Below are positions 31,116-40,404 of a stretch of DNA of 64,000 nucleotides, one piece after another. The position numbers were made by a program, and so were the translations under genes. The stretch is from Myxococcota bacterium. Its GTDB lineage: Bacteria; Myxococcota_A; UBA9160; JAFDDA01. The notes under the pieces are model-generated. The model was not told the DNA's origin. It did not search any database and was given only the letters and a program-made list of their open reading frames with translations. Location: NCBI GenBank assembly GCA_965228475.1, contig OZ245817.1, forward strand, positions 4,768,262-4,832,261, in the 5' to 3' direction. Numbering within the stretch: position 1 is the first letter of the stretch; each line of letters starts with the position of its first letter.

Positions 31116-32241
31116 CCGATTCGTAGTAGGCCTCGACGCGGCGCGCGAGCTCGGCCACCGGCTCCGGCACCGCCTCCGGCAGCGGCCAGCGCGCCGAAGC
31201 CACCCGCATGCGGTCGAGCAGGAGCTGGGCGTCGGGGTAGTCCTCGCGGGCGAGCGCGTCGTCGACGTCGAGCCAGTTCTGGATCGCGGTGATGGTCCGC
31301 GCCGCGCGCTCCTCGAGCTCCGCCATCCCCGCCGAGCGCACGCTGGCGTTGCGCGCCTGCTCCGAGAGCTTGCGCAGGTCCCGGGCCGCGGCTTCGAGGT
31401 GGCCGCGCACGCCCTCCTTGCGGGCGGCGAGCTCCTGGACGGCGTCTTCGAACTGGCGGCGGAGCGGCTCGTGGGAGATCTCGCGCAGGAGGAGAACGGT
31501 GCCGATGCGGTTCCCGCCGGCGTCGGTGAGACGGCGCTGGCCGACGCGGAGCCGCAGCGTGCTGGTATCGCGCTGGAGGACGACCTCTTCGTACTCGCCG
31601 TCCTCGCCGGAGAGGGTCTCGGCCACCTGGAAGATCACGTCGCCGGACTTCCCGGAGAGCACGTCCTTCAGGGCTCGCCCGCGCGGCTCGTTCTCGAGGC
31701 CGAGCCAATCCACGACGGCGCGGTTCGCCGCCTGGACCACGCCGTCCGGGTCGAGGGCCAGGGCGCCGGTGTCGAGCTCGTCCATCACGCCCTCGAGGAA
31801 GACGTTCGCGCGCTGCAGGCCCGAGAGCAGGCGCTCGTTCTCACAGCGCAGATCGTGGAAGTCGACGCCGCGCCGCACGATCTGCTTCAGATCCGCCGGC
31901 TCCCAGGGCTTGGTCACGTAGGCGAAGACGTGGCCGTCGTTGATGGCCTTGATCGTGGCTTCCATGTCGGCGAAGCCGGTCAGGATGATGCGGGTGGTGG
32001 CGGGATAGCGGTCGTAGACCTGGCTCAGGAACTCGACGCCCGTCGTCCCGGGCATGCGCTGATCCGAGATCACGACGGAGACGGGCGTGTTCTCTTCGAG
32101 CAGTTCGAGCGCGCGATCGGCGCTCGAAGCCGTCAGGACTTCGTAGTCGTCGTCGAAGGTGAACGTCATCGTCTCGAGGATGGCTTCCTCGTCGTCGACG
32201 ATGAGAATGCGGGATCGGTCGGCTACCTCGTTCTGGCTCAC
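31087..32241 (-). CDS. response regulator (REC) with PAS-like and helical C-terminal domains
   Basis: ORF 31087..32241. REC motifs ILIVDDEE, VVISDQRMPGTTG, YVTKPW, followed by a PAS-like segment. The GTG start overlaps the DUF1232 gene stop (GTGA). Confidence 0.75.
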   Translation of the reverse strand: MSQNEVADRSRILIVDDEEAILETMTFTFDDDYEVLTASSADRALELLEENTPVSVVISDQRMPGTTGVEFLSQVYDRYPATTRIILTGFADMEATIKAINDGHVFAYVTKPWEPADLKQIVRRGVDFHDLRCENERLLSGLQRANVFLEGVMDELDTGALALDPDGVVQAANRAVVDWLGLENEPRGRALKDVLSGKSGDVIFQVAETLSGEDGEYEEVVLQRDTSTLRLRVGQRRLTDAGGNRIGTVLLLREISHEPLRRQFEDAVQELAARKEGVRGHLEAAARDLRKLSEQARNASVRSAGMAELEERAARTITAIQNWLDVDDALAREDYPDAQLLLDRMRVASARWPLPEAVPEPVAELARRVEAYYESGENPKQRVL

Positions 32242-32795
32242 CAGCCGAGGAATCCCCGCTTCTTCTTGCTGCGGCGCTCGGTGATCTGGTCGCGGATCTT
32301 CTTGCGCTCCTCGACCAGGCGCTTGGGCAGCCGCTGGCGAGCCGGGCTCGCCCAGGGCCGCTGCTCCGCGCGCTCGCGGAAGGTGCGGAACTTGCGGTAG
32401 CCCCAGAGCTCCGCCTCGAACTCCTCCTCGAGCAGCCGCGTCATGATCGCGTCGTCGAGGTAGCCGAGGCCGGGGATCGAGTCCGGGATCAGATCCTGGG
32501 GATCCGAGAAGTAGGCGAGCGTGGCGAGGATCTCCCGGCGCGTTCCGGCCGGGACGGCGTAGTCGTCGTCCTTCAGGAGCTGGGTGAGATCGTCGAGGGG
32601 CTCGACGGCCTTGCGCACGAAGTGCGGCGTCTTCTTCGACTTCTGGATCTTCTTGACCAGATCCTGGCCATCCCGGATGACCTTCTTCTCGTCGAGCTTG
32701 GCGGCGTTCCGGCGCGCCTTGCGAAACAAGCCTCGGAAGTGGTCGAGATCTTCGGCGTCGAGTTCGAAGACGATCTTCAGGGACTTCGTGGCCAT
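32238..32795 (-). CDS. DUF1232 (YkvA-like) domain protein
   Basis: ORF 32238..32795. Signature LAYFSDPQDLIPDSIPGLGYLDDA. Confidence 0.7.
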   Translation of the reverse strand: MATKSLKIVFELDAEDLDHFRGLFRKARRNAAKLDEKKVIRDGQDLVKKIQKSKKTPHFVRKAVEPLDDLTQLLKDDDYAVPAGTRREILATLAYFSDPQDLIPDSIPGLGYLDDAIMTRLLEEEFEAELWGYRKFRTFRERAEQRPWASPARQRLPKRLVEERKKIRDQITERRSKKKRGFLGW

Positions 32796-32863
32796 CGGGG
32801 GGTCTCTCCTCGGAGCGGCAAGCTCCGGCCCGGAAGCGGCAGGCTCCGGCGGGCGGAACGATA

Positions 32864-34231
32864 TCAGTAACGCGCGTAGGCGATCAAGCGTTCACGCGAG
32901 CGCTCCCAATCGCCTTCCCAGTGTTCGATCACGACCTCGCCGGGGCTCTTGCCGAGGGCGAGTTGCTTTCGCACCGGGTCCAGGAAGCGGCGTTCGTCCT
33001 CGCCGAAGGCGTTCTTTTCGCCGATCCGCTCGAGGCCGCTGGCGGCGAGGTCGGTCACCTCCCCGGCCCACTCGGCGATCGGGCGGCCGCGCAGCTCGGC
33101 GCGCATGCCCCGGCGGGCGACGTCCGCCATGGCCTGGGCCACGTCCTCGGGCTGCCAGTCGGCCGTGAGGGCGGCGGCATCGGCGAGGGCACCGGTGTCG
33201 TAGAGGAGGCCCTTCCACAGGGCCGGGAGCGAGCAGGTCAGGCCCGGCGGCACCGCGTCGGCGCCGCGCAGTTCGATGAAGCGCTTGAGCCGGACGTCCG
33301 GGAAGAGCGTCGTCAGGTGCAGGTCGAAATCGCCGAGCGTCGCGCGGTCGCCCTCGTGGCCTTCGGCCATGAACTGGCGGAAGGTCTTTCGCCCGAGCGG
33401 GATCATGCGCTCGCCGCGCATCAGGAAGAACACCGGCGCATCGAGCGCCCACTCGACGTAGTCGCGGTAGCCGAAGTCTTCGCCGTAGGCGAAGGGCAGG
33501 CCGCCGGTGCGGTCCGGGTCCGTCGCGGTCCAGATGTGGAGCCGGCGCGAGATGAAGCCGCTGGCCTTGCCGCCGACGAGGCTCGAGTTCGCGAACACCG
33601 AAGACACCACCGGCGTGAGTGCCAGCGCCACGCGCATCTTGCGCGCCATGTCCGCCTCGTCCGAGAAGTCGAGGTTCACCTGCACGGTGGCCGTCGCGTG
33701 CATCATCTCGAGGGCGAGCTCGCCGCGCGTCGGCAGGTAGCTGCGCATGAGCGCGTAGCGTTCCTTCGGGATGCGCGGCAGCTCCTCGACGGTGTGGAAG
33801 GGGTGGATGCCGAGCCCCAGCCAGACGATGTCGAGGGGCTCCGAGACCTGCTTCATCAGCTCGAGGTGATCGTTGAACTCCTTGCACGTCTGATGGATCG
33901 TGCGAAGCGGAGCGCCCGAGAGTTCGAGCTGGCCGCCGGGCTCGAGCGTGAGGCTCGCACCCGCCTGGCGGAGCGCGACGGTCCGGCCGGCCTCGCGCAC
34001 GCGCTCCATCTGCGGGTCGGCCGCGACGAGACGCTCGAGCAGCGCTTCGATGCCGTCCTCGCCGTCGAAGGAGACGGGCTCGAGCGTGCTTTCGCGCAGG
34101 CCGATCTTCTCGTGCTCGGTGCCGACCCGGTAGTCCTCGGGCGGCTTCTCGCCCTTGGAGATCAGACCGACGAGATCGTCGATCGAATCGATCGGGGCCT
34201 CGAGCTCCGGCTGCGCCTGGTACTGCGTCAT
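32864..34231 (-). CDS. gshA: glutamate--cysteine ligase (plant/proteobacterial GCS2 type)
   Basis: ORF 32864..34231 (455 aa). RVGTEHEKIG and downstream GCS2-like blocks (LEPGGQLELSGAP, FIELRGAD). Confidence 0.75.
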   Translation of the reverse strand: MTQYQAQPELEAPIDSIDDLVGLISKGEKPPEDYRVGTEHEKIGLRESTLEPVSFDGEDGIEALLERLVAADPQMERVREAGRTVALRQAGASLTLEPGGQLELSGAPLRTIHQTCKEFNDHLELMKQVSEPLDIVWLGLGIHPFHTVEELPRIPKERYALMRSYLPTRGELALEMMHATATVQVNLDFSDEADMARKMRVALALTPVVSSVFANSSLVGGKASGFISRRLHIWTATDPDRTGGLPFAYGEDFGYRDYVEWALDAPVFFLMRGERMIPLGRKTFRQFMAEGHEGDRATLGDFDLHLTTLFPDVRLKRFIELRGADAVPPGLTCSLPALWKGLLYDTGALADAAALTADWQPEDVAQAMADVARRGMRAELRGRPIAEWAGEVTDLAASGLERIGEKNAFGEDERRFLDPVRKQLALGKSPGEVVIEHWEGDWERSRERLIAYARY

Positions 34232-34265
34232 GACCGCGCCTCCGGAGAATCGGATCGGGACTGCG

Positions 34266-34973
34266 TCATGCCGCGACCTCGCCGTCTTCGTAGAGGTCCG
34301 GGTGGAGGAAGCGGATGAGCGCGCAGAGGACCGCGTGGCGGCCGTACTCCTGGCGCGTCAGCACGCCCCCGGTCAGCTTGCCGACGTTGCCCATGCCGCG
34401 GCCGCTCGGCGCGCTCGAACGCTCGCCGCGCCGCTCCCGCCAGAGCGCGTCGAAGAGGTCGCCGATCGGGTCGCGGCCCGCGGCGGCCGGCGCGGTCACG
34501 GCCGGCGGATAGGCGAAGCCCGACGAGAATCCGAGCCCGGTCCGCTGGCCGTCGGTGACGACCGCGCATCCGAGGTTGAAGTACGGGTCCATGGGGGCTC
34601 CGGGGCGCGGGGCTTGGGCACTGGGATGCCCGCTCTCGCCGGAGGTCACGCGGGCCGCCTGCTCCCCGAGCGCCGCGAGGCCGCCCTCGAGGGCCACCAG
34701 GCCGTCCTCGATGCCGATGCCGAGCTGGGCCCGGGGGCCTTCGGCCGAGGCCAGGGCGGCCCGGGCGCGGTTGCCGGCCCCGCGGGCGATCTCCTCGAAG
34801 CCGACGGGCTGCTCGGGCACGCCCGAATCCACGGCGACCCCCGAGACCAGCGCCTCGGGGGCGAAGGGCCGGAGCGCGGCCCGGGCGGCGGCCACCTTGG
34901 GCCGGTTGGCCGAGCCGACGCGAACCGTCCGCACCCAGCCGAGGCCGCGCGGGTAGGCCGCGGGGCCGCTCAC
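34266..34973 (-). CDS. inosine/xanthosine triphosphatase-like (DUF84/YjjX family) protein
   Basis: ORF 34266..34973. VRVGSANRPKVAAARAAL and IGIEDGL resemble the YjjX family, and an insertion is present. The start is uncertain. Confidence 0.55.
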   Translation of the reverse strand: MSGPAAYPRGLGWVRTVRVGSANRPKVAAARAALRPFAPEALVSGVAVDSGVPEQPVGFEEIARGAGNRARAALASAEGPRAQLGIGIEDGLVALEGGLAALGEQAARVTSGESGHPSAQAPRPGAPMDPYFNLGCAVVTDGQRTGLGFSSGFAYPPAVTAPAAAGRDPIGDLFDALWRERRGERSSAPSGRGMGNVGKLTGGVLTRQEYGRHAVLCALIRFLHPDLYEDGEVAA

Positions 34974-34986
34974 CGCGGCGCCTCGG

Positions 34987-35436
34987 TCACGGCGTCGCGG
35001 CCTGCTCGAGGAAGCTCTCCAGGAAGTCGGCCAGGGCCGGCTCGAGCTCGGCCTCGGCGCCGAACGGGAACGAGAGGCACGGACCCTCGGTCTTGCCGGC
35101 CCGGAAGGGGCCGACCAGCGTCACCTCGCCGCGGCTCTTCACCGTGACGATGGCCGTGTGCCGGCCGCGCCGGACGTCGAACTGCACCGAGCGCAGATGC
35201 TTCTCGTCGGCCCGGGGCTCGGAGACGGTGACGGCGAGCTGCTCCGCGCCGGCCTCCTTCACCGCCCGGTCGTAGCCGGCGAGGCCCTCGTTCACGAGCG
35301 CGTGGAGACGCTCCGCGGCGCGGCGCGCTGCGGCCAGGCCGGCGGCCTCGCCCGCCTCGCGTTCGGCCAGCCGGCGGCCCGCCTCGGCGAGCCGCGCACG
35401 CAAGCCATCCGTGTCGAACTGATGGTCGTCACTCAT
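34987..35436 (-). CDS. hypothetical protein
   Basis: Last 149 codons of ORF 34987..36993 (ATG 35434-35436, MSDDHQFDTDGL...). The composition looks coding, unlike the Arg-rich upstream part that overlaps the M23 gene antisense frame. Confidence 0.5.
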   Translation of the reverse strand: MSDDHQFDTDGLRARLAEAGRRLAEREAGEAAGLAAARRAAERLHALVNEGLAGYDRAVKEAGAEQLAVTVSEPRADEKHLRSVQFDVRRGRHTAIVTVKSRGEVTLVGPFRAGKTEGPCLSFPFGAEAELEPALADFLESFLEQAATP

Positions 35437-35492
35437 GGGTTTCCAGATTGTGGCGCGAAGGGGAGGAAAGAGTCTAGAGAGTAGAAGCGGGC

Positions 35493-36818
35493 TTAGAGGG
35501 CCTCGCCGAGGGCGGCGATGGGCGTCGGGTCGAGCTCGGCGAGGCTCGCATCGCGGATCGCGGCGAAGGCTTCGAACTGATCCTCGGGGATCGGCGGCGC
35601 GGGCGGCGTGTGGAGCTTCTTCGGGTTCACCGCCTTGCCGTTCTTCTTGAGGTCGTAGTGGACGTGGGGGCCGGTGGCGAGCCCGGTCGAGCCGACGTAG
35701 CCGATCACCTGCTTGCGCTTCACCTTGGTGCCGACCTTCAGGCCGAGGGCGTAGCGCTGGAGGTGTCCGTAGGTCGAGACGAAGCCGTTGGCGTGCTTGA
35801 CCCGGACCGTCTTGCCCATGCCGCCCATGCGCGAGGCCTTCACGATCTCGCCGTCGGCGACGGACCAGACGGGAGTCCCGTACGGGGCGGCGTAGTCGAC
35901 GCCGAGGTGCGGCCGCCGGACGCGCAGGATGGGATGGAGGCGGTTCCAGCTGAAGGGCGACGTGATGCGCGTGTACTTGAGCGGCGCGCGTACGAACTGG
36001 CGCTCGAGGGCGCTGCCGTCCGGGCGGTAGTAGCCGGCCTCGTCCTCGGTCCATCCATAGTGGATGGCGGTGTGGACCTCGCGGCTGCGATACTGGGCGG
36101 CCAGGATCTGGCCCGGGCCGACGTAGACTTCGTTGCCGTCGCCGTCGGCCTGGTAGAGCCGCTCGTAGAGGATGCGGAACTCGTCGCCGGGGCGGACGTC
36201 GCGGGTGAAGTCGAGCTCCCAGGCGAAGAGCTCGGAGAAGTCGTGGGCGAGCTGGCCGCTCTCGCCGAGGTTGCGGATCGCGTTGTAGACCGAGTTGGCG
36301 ACGACGCCCGAGAGCCGCTCGACGCGGCGGACCAGGTTCACCTCGAGCTTGTGGGCGACGAGGATCCCGGCCACGCGGTGCAGGCGGTAGCCCTCGGTGG
36401 CTGACGTCCGGTACTCGAACTCCATCACGCTGCCGTCGGGACGGCGCACGAGGCGGAAACGATCGCCGGGCTTCGAGTAGCGGAAGTCGAACTCGGGCCG
36501 CATCTCCACGGCAATCTCGTGGACGGTGCCCGCCGAGATTCCCATGCTCGTGAGCGTGGAGTGGAGCGACTCCCCGGCTTCGATCTCGCCGCGCAGGACG
36601 TCGAGGTGGTCTTCGGGGATGGGCGGGCCGAGCGGGGCGTCGTCGCTCGGGATCGGCAGGGTCTCGACGACCGCCGAGTTCGTGAGGGAATCGGCGTGGG
36701 CATCGTCGGTCTGGAACCAGGCGAGGAACGCCACCGCGGTGACCGCTCCGCAGACGAGCGCCACGCCATAGGCCATCCAGATCTGGCCGCGTCCGAATGA
36801 ATCGAGTTTGGAGCCCAT
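35493..36818 (-). CDS. M23-family metallopeptidase (membrane anchored)
   Basis: ORF 35493..36818. N-terminal TM segment, then M23 motifs HLGVDYAAPYGTPV ... GSTGLATGPHVHYD. Confidence 0.8.
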   Translation of the reverse strand: MGSKLDSFGRGQIWMAYGVALVCGAVTAVAFLAWFQTDDAHADSLTNSAVVETLPIPSDDAPLGPPIPEDHLDVLRGEIEAGESLHSTLTSMGISAGTVHEIAVEMRPEFDFRYSKPGDRFRLVRRPDGSVMEFEYRTSATEGYRLHRVAGILVAHKLEVNLVRRVERLSGVVANSVYNAIRNLGESGQLAHDFSELFAWELDFTRDVRPGDEFRILYERLYQADGDGNEVYVGPGQILAAQYRSREVHTAIHYGWTEDEAGYYRPDGSALERQFVRAPLKYTRITSPFSWNRLHPILRVRRPHLGVDYAAPYGTPVWSVADGEIVKASRMGGMGKTVRVKHANGFVSTYGHLQRYALGLKVGTKVKRKQVIGYVGSTGLATGPHVHYDLKKNGKAVNPKKLHTPPAPPIPEDQFEAFAAIRDASLAELDPTPIAALGEAL

Positions 36819-36995
36819 CTACTCCCGAACCACTCCCGAAGCGATTGAGGTGGCGACGCCAAACGGGCGTTTGGGTGGCGATGCCCGGCAGGCGCGCGTA
36901 GCGTACTGATCGACCGGGCGCTGTGCACGCAGAAGTTGGATCGAACCCGCGAAATCCCCGCGGGGAAACCCCCGAAAGGCTGAGGGAATCCAAAG

Positions 36996-38450
36996 GTGAA
37001 ACGGCCGCGCCCCGCCCTCCTTGCCCTCGCCCTGCCCGCGGCCTTCCTGCTGCTGACGGTGCCCTTTTCTGCCCAGGCGATCTGGCCGTTCGGCGGCAGC
37101 GCGCCGGATCCGAGCGAAGACACGGGCGAGGCCGCCGCGCGCATCCTCTCGCGGGCCATCCAGATCCGCACGGTGAATCCGCCCGGCGACGAGGCGCCCC
37201 TGGCCCGTTTCCTGGTCGACATCCTGAAGGACGCCGACGTCGAGGCCCGGGTGATCGAGACGCCGCGCGGAGACTCGAAGCCCGGGCGCGCCGCCGCCTG
37301 GGCCCGCGTGCGCGGGACCGGCGCGCGCCGCCCGATCGTCCTGCTCTCCCACCTCGACACGGTACCCGCCGACCCCCGCGAGTGGGCCATCGCCCCCTTC
37401 GAAGGGGCGACGGGCGCGGGCTCGGTGATCGGCCGCGGGGCGCTCGATGCCAAGGGCGTCTCCGTCGTCCACCTGATGACCCTGCTCGCCGTCGCCCGGC
37501 GAAGCGAGCCCCTCGACCGCGACGTCATCTTCCTCGCCACCCCCGACGAAGAGACCGGCGGCCGCGACGGGTCCGGCTACCTCGTCCGCGAGCGCCGCTC
37601 CCTCCTCTACGATGCCGAGTACCTGCTCACCGAAGGCGGCGGGATCCAGGTCAGCGAAGGCGGCACGGACCCGCTCTGGGGCGTCACCGTCACCGAGAAG
37701 GCCCCCTGCTGGATGAACCTCGTCGCGGAAGGCACGCCCGGCCACAGCTCGATCGCGCCGCCGGACACGTCGGTCACCCGCCTGCTCGACGCCCTCCAAC
37801 GCATCCGCCGCTACGAACCGCCCGTTCGCGTCGTGCCCGAGGTCCAGCGCATGTTCGCCTCGGTCGCGGACCGCGCTGCGCCGGAGAACCGCGAGGGCTA
37901 CCGCGACCTCGCCCGCGCTCTGGCCGAGGATGAAGACTTCCGCCTGCGCTTTCTCGCGAAGCCCGGCCGCGCCGCGCTCGTGCGCAACACCGTCGCCATC
38001 ACCGTGCTCTCCGGAAGTTCCCAGACGAACGTCATCCCGGGCGAAGCGCGCGCGCAGCTCGACGTCCGGCTCCTCCCCGGCGAGCACTGTGCGGACTTCG
38101 TCAAGACCATCGAGAACGTCGTGCGCGACCGGACGATCCGCGTCTCACCGGCCCTCGCCTTCACCACGAGCAGCTCGCCGGTGAACACGGCGCTCTATCG
38201 CGCCATCGAGCGGGTGGCCGCGCGCGACGACCCGGGCGCACTCGTGGCACCGCGGGTAATCGCGGGCTTCACCGACGCGCACTACTACCGGGACCTCGGG
38301 ATCGTCGCCTACGGGTTCGTTCCGCGCTGGCTCCCGCCGAGCGAGACGCGCGGCATCCACGGCACGAACGAACGCATCTCCGTCGCGAACCTCGGGCGCG
38401 GCACCGAGACGCTCGTCGCCATCCTCGAAGAGCTCGACGCCATCGAATAG
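36996..38450 (+). CDS. secreted M20/M28-family metallopeptidase
   Basis: ORF 36996..38450. Signal peptide LLALALPAAFLLLTVPFSAQA. Motifs LLSHLDTVPA, GRGALDAKG, DEETGG. Confidence 0.75.
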   Translation: MKRPRPALLALALPAAFLLLTVPFSAQAIWPFGGSAPDPSEDTGEAAARILSRAIQIRTVNPPGDEAPLARFLVDILKDADVEARVIETPRGDSKPGRAAAWARVRGTGARRPIVLLSHLDTVPADPREWAIAPFEGATGAGSVIGRGALDAKGVSVVHLMTLLAVARRSEPLDRDVIFLATPDEETGGRDGSGYLVRERRSLLYDAEYLLTEGGGIQVSEGGTDPLWGVTVTEKAPCWMNLVAEGTPGHSSIAPPDTSVTRLLDALQRIRRYEPPVRVVPEVQRMFASVADRAAPENREGYRDLARALAEDEDFRLRFLAKPGRAALVRNTVAITVLSGSSQTNVIPGEARAQLDVRLLPGEHCADFVKTIENVVRDRTIRVSPALAFTTSSSPVNTALYRAIERVAARDDPGALVAPRVIAGFTDAHYYRDLGIVAYGFVPRWLPPSETRGIHGTNERISVANLGRGTETLVAILEELDAIE

Positions 38451-38492
38451 CGAGCTCGAGTCCAGGGCGAGTGCGGGGCGGGCCGCCCCGGC

Positions 38493-39821
38493 TCAGTCCT
38501 CGCGCAGTTCCTGGATGGCGCGGTGGATCAGCTCGAAGAGCGACTCCACCTGGTCGACGTCCGTGCACGAGAAGGCGATCCGCAGATCCGTCTTGCTCGT
38601 GGCGACGATGCCGGTCTCGTACTCGTCGAGGAGGCGCTGGCGCACGGCTTCGGCCTCGACGCCCTCGACCTTCACGCACATGAAGTAGCCGCTGTTGAAC
38701 GGGTAGACCGCGAAGCTCTCCCGGAAGCGGGGCGCGTTCGCGACGTCGTAGACGCGCTGGGCGCGCAGCCGCAGCGTCTCCGCCTTCTCCTTGCGCTCCT
38801 GGGCGATCGACGGGCTCTGGAGCGCCTTCAACACCACGGACTGGGAGACCTTCGGCGAGTTCGAGATGGCGCCGCGGATGGCGCCCTTGAGCTTCGCCTC
38901 GAGGACGTCGCACACCGTCTCCGCGCCTTCGGCCCGGCCCGGACCGACCGTGAAGAAGCCGACGCGAAGGCCCCAGACGAAGAGCTCCTTGGTCGCGCCG
39001 TCGAGCTTCAGCGCCAGCAGGTTCGGGTGCGCACCGACGAGCGCGCCGAAGGGCGACTCGGTCATCGAGGGCTTCCCGAGGTGGAAGAACAGGCCGAAGT
39101 ACGCGTCGTCGGTCACGACGACGAGCTTCGTTCCCTTCTCCGCCTGGGCGACGAGCGCCTCGACCATGGCGCGCCCCTCTTCCGGGGTCGGCATGTAGCC
39201 CGTCGGGTTGTTCGGGAAGTTCAGCAGCACGACGAGCTTCTCGCGGCCCTCGGCCTCGCGCGCGAGCGCCTCGGCGAAGCCCTTCGTGTTGAAGCCCCCG
39301 CCGTCGTAGAACGGGAAGGTCGCGATCTCCGCCTCGAGGCGGACTTCGTAGATCAGCCGGTAGTTGCCCCAGAGCTGGTCCGGGAGCAGGATGCGATCGC
39401 CCGGGTCGATGAAGAGATCGCCGACGAGCGAGAGGCCGTGGGTGATCGCCGCCGTCGTCACCGGAACGCCGAAGGACTTCCCCGCGAGCGAGGGGTTCTC
39501 GGCCAGGATCTTCTCGCGCCAGGCGTCGCGCAGGGCGGGGATGCCCGCGGGCGGCGCGTAGTCGAGCGCTTCGCCGGCATCGAGCCCCTCGAACTGCGCG
39601 AGCAGCGAGGGCAGGTTCATCGGCGCGCCCTCTTCCGTGGCGATGCCGATCGTCGCGTTGATGCGCTTGCCCTTGGCCTTGGCCTCGGCGCCCTGGGAGA
39701 GGATGCCCTTCGGGAAGTAGAGCCGGCGGCCGCGCTCGGAGAGCATCGCGAGCACCTCGGGCGCGGCTTCGGACAGTCGATCATTCAACTCCGCAGCGAG
39801 CGGATTCAGACGCGGACTCAC
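38493..39821 (-). CDS. class I/II pyridoxal-phosphate aminotransferase
   Basis: ORF 38493..40064 trimmed to the GTG at 39819-39821 (VSPRLNPLAAEL), which has a GAGG SD. NFPNNPTGY and aminotransferase-like blocks are present. Confidence 0.8.
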   Translation of the reverse strand: MSPRLNPLAAELNDRLSEAAPEVLAMLSERGRRLYFPKGILSQGAEAKAKGKRINATIGIATEEGAPMNLPSLLAQFEGLDAGEALDYAPPAGIPALRDAWREKILAENPSLAGKSFGVPVTTAAITHGLSLVGDLFIDPGDRILLPDQLWGNYRLIYEVRLEAEIATFPFYDGGGFNTKGFAEALAREAEGREKLVVLLNFPNNPTGYMPTPEEGRAMVEALVAQAEKGTKLVVVTDDAYFGLFFHLGKPSMTESPFGALVGAHPNLLALKLDGATKELFVWGLRVGFFTVGPGRAEGAETVCDVLEAKLKGAIRGAISNSPKVSQSVVLKALQSPSIAQERKEKAETLRLRAQRVYDVANAPRFRESFAVYPFNSGYFMCVKVEGVEAEAVRQRLLDEYETGIVATSKTDLRIAFSCTDVDQVESLFELIHRAIQELRED

Positions 39822-39897
39822 GATCGGAACCTCGAGAAGAGTGCAGGGGGAGGACGCTCGCGCGAGGTTACAGCCGGCCGTGGCGTGCGTCCACGGA

Positions 39898-40404
39898 CTA
39901 GAGCGTGCGGTGGAGCACCTCGACGAAGTCGCCGAAGCCGAGGGCGCGCCAGAAGGCCTGACCCTCGGGGTTCCCCTTCGCCACCCGCACCGCCACGCGC
40001 CCGACCCCGCGCGCGGAGACCCAGGCCAGGGCCTCCCCGACGAGCGCACGGCCGAGGCCGGCACGCCGGAACTCCGGGCGGACGCCCACGTCGGTCACCT
40101 CGGCGCGCTCGATCTCGCGCGTGATCGGCGGCGCGCGGTCGATGCGCACGAGGCAGATCCCCTCGAGGCGGGCGTCGCCCGAGACGAAGGCGGCGGAATC
40201 GGGGTCGTGCAGCCAGGCAGCGATCAGGCGCCGGGCCTCCGGGCGGGCCCCGGAGCGGAGCTCGAAGGCCGCGTCCAGGGGCTCGTGGTGGCGGCCGATC
40301 TCGAGCCAGAGGTCCACGACCTCGTCGAGGTCGAGGGCCGTCGCGCGCCGGATCCTCGGCGCCGCTTCCCGAACGCCGGGGGACGCTCGACGATTCTTCG
40401 TCAC
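39898..40404 (-). CDS. GNAT-family N-acetyltransferase
   Basis: Last 168 codons of ORF 39898..41643. The GTG at 40402-40404 overlaps the upstream stop (GTGA). Acetyl-CoA motif VRPEFRRAGLGRALV. Confidence 0.75.
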   Translation of the reverse strand: MTKNRRASPGVREAAPRIRRATALDLDEVVDLWLEIGRHHEPLDAAFELRSGARPEARRLIAAWLHDPDSAAFVSGDARLEGICLVRIDRAPPITREIERAEVTDVGVRPEFRRAGLGRALVGEALAWVSARGVGRVAVRVAKGNPEGQAFWRALGFGDFVEVLHRTL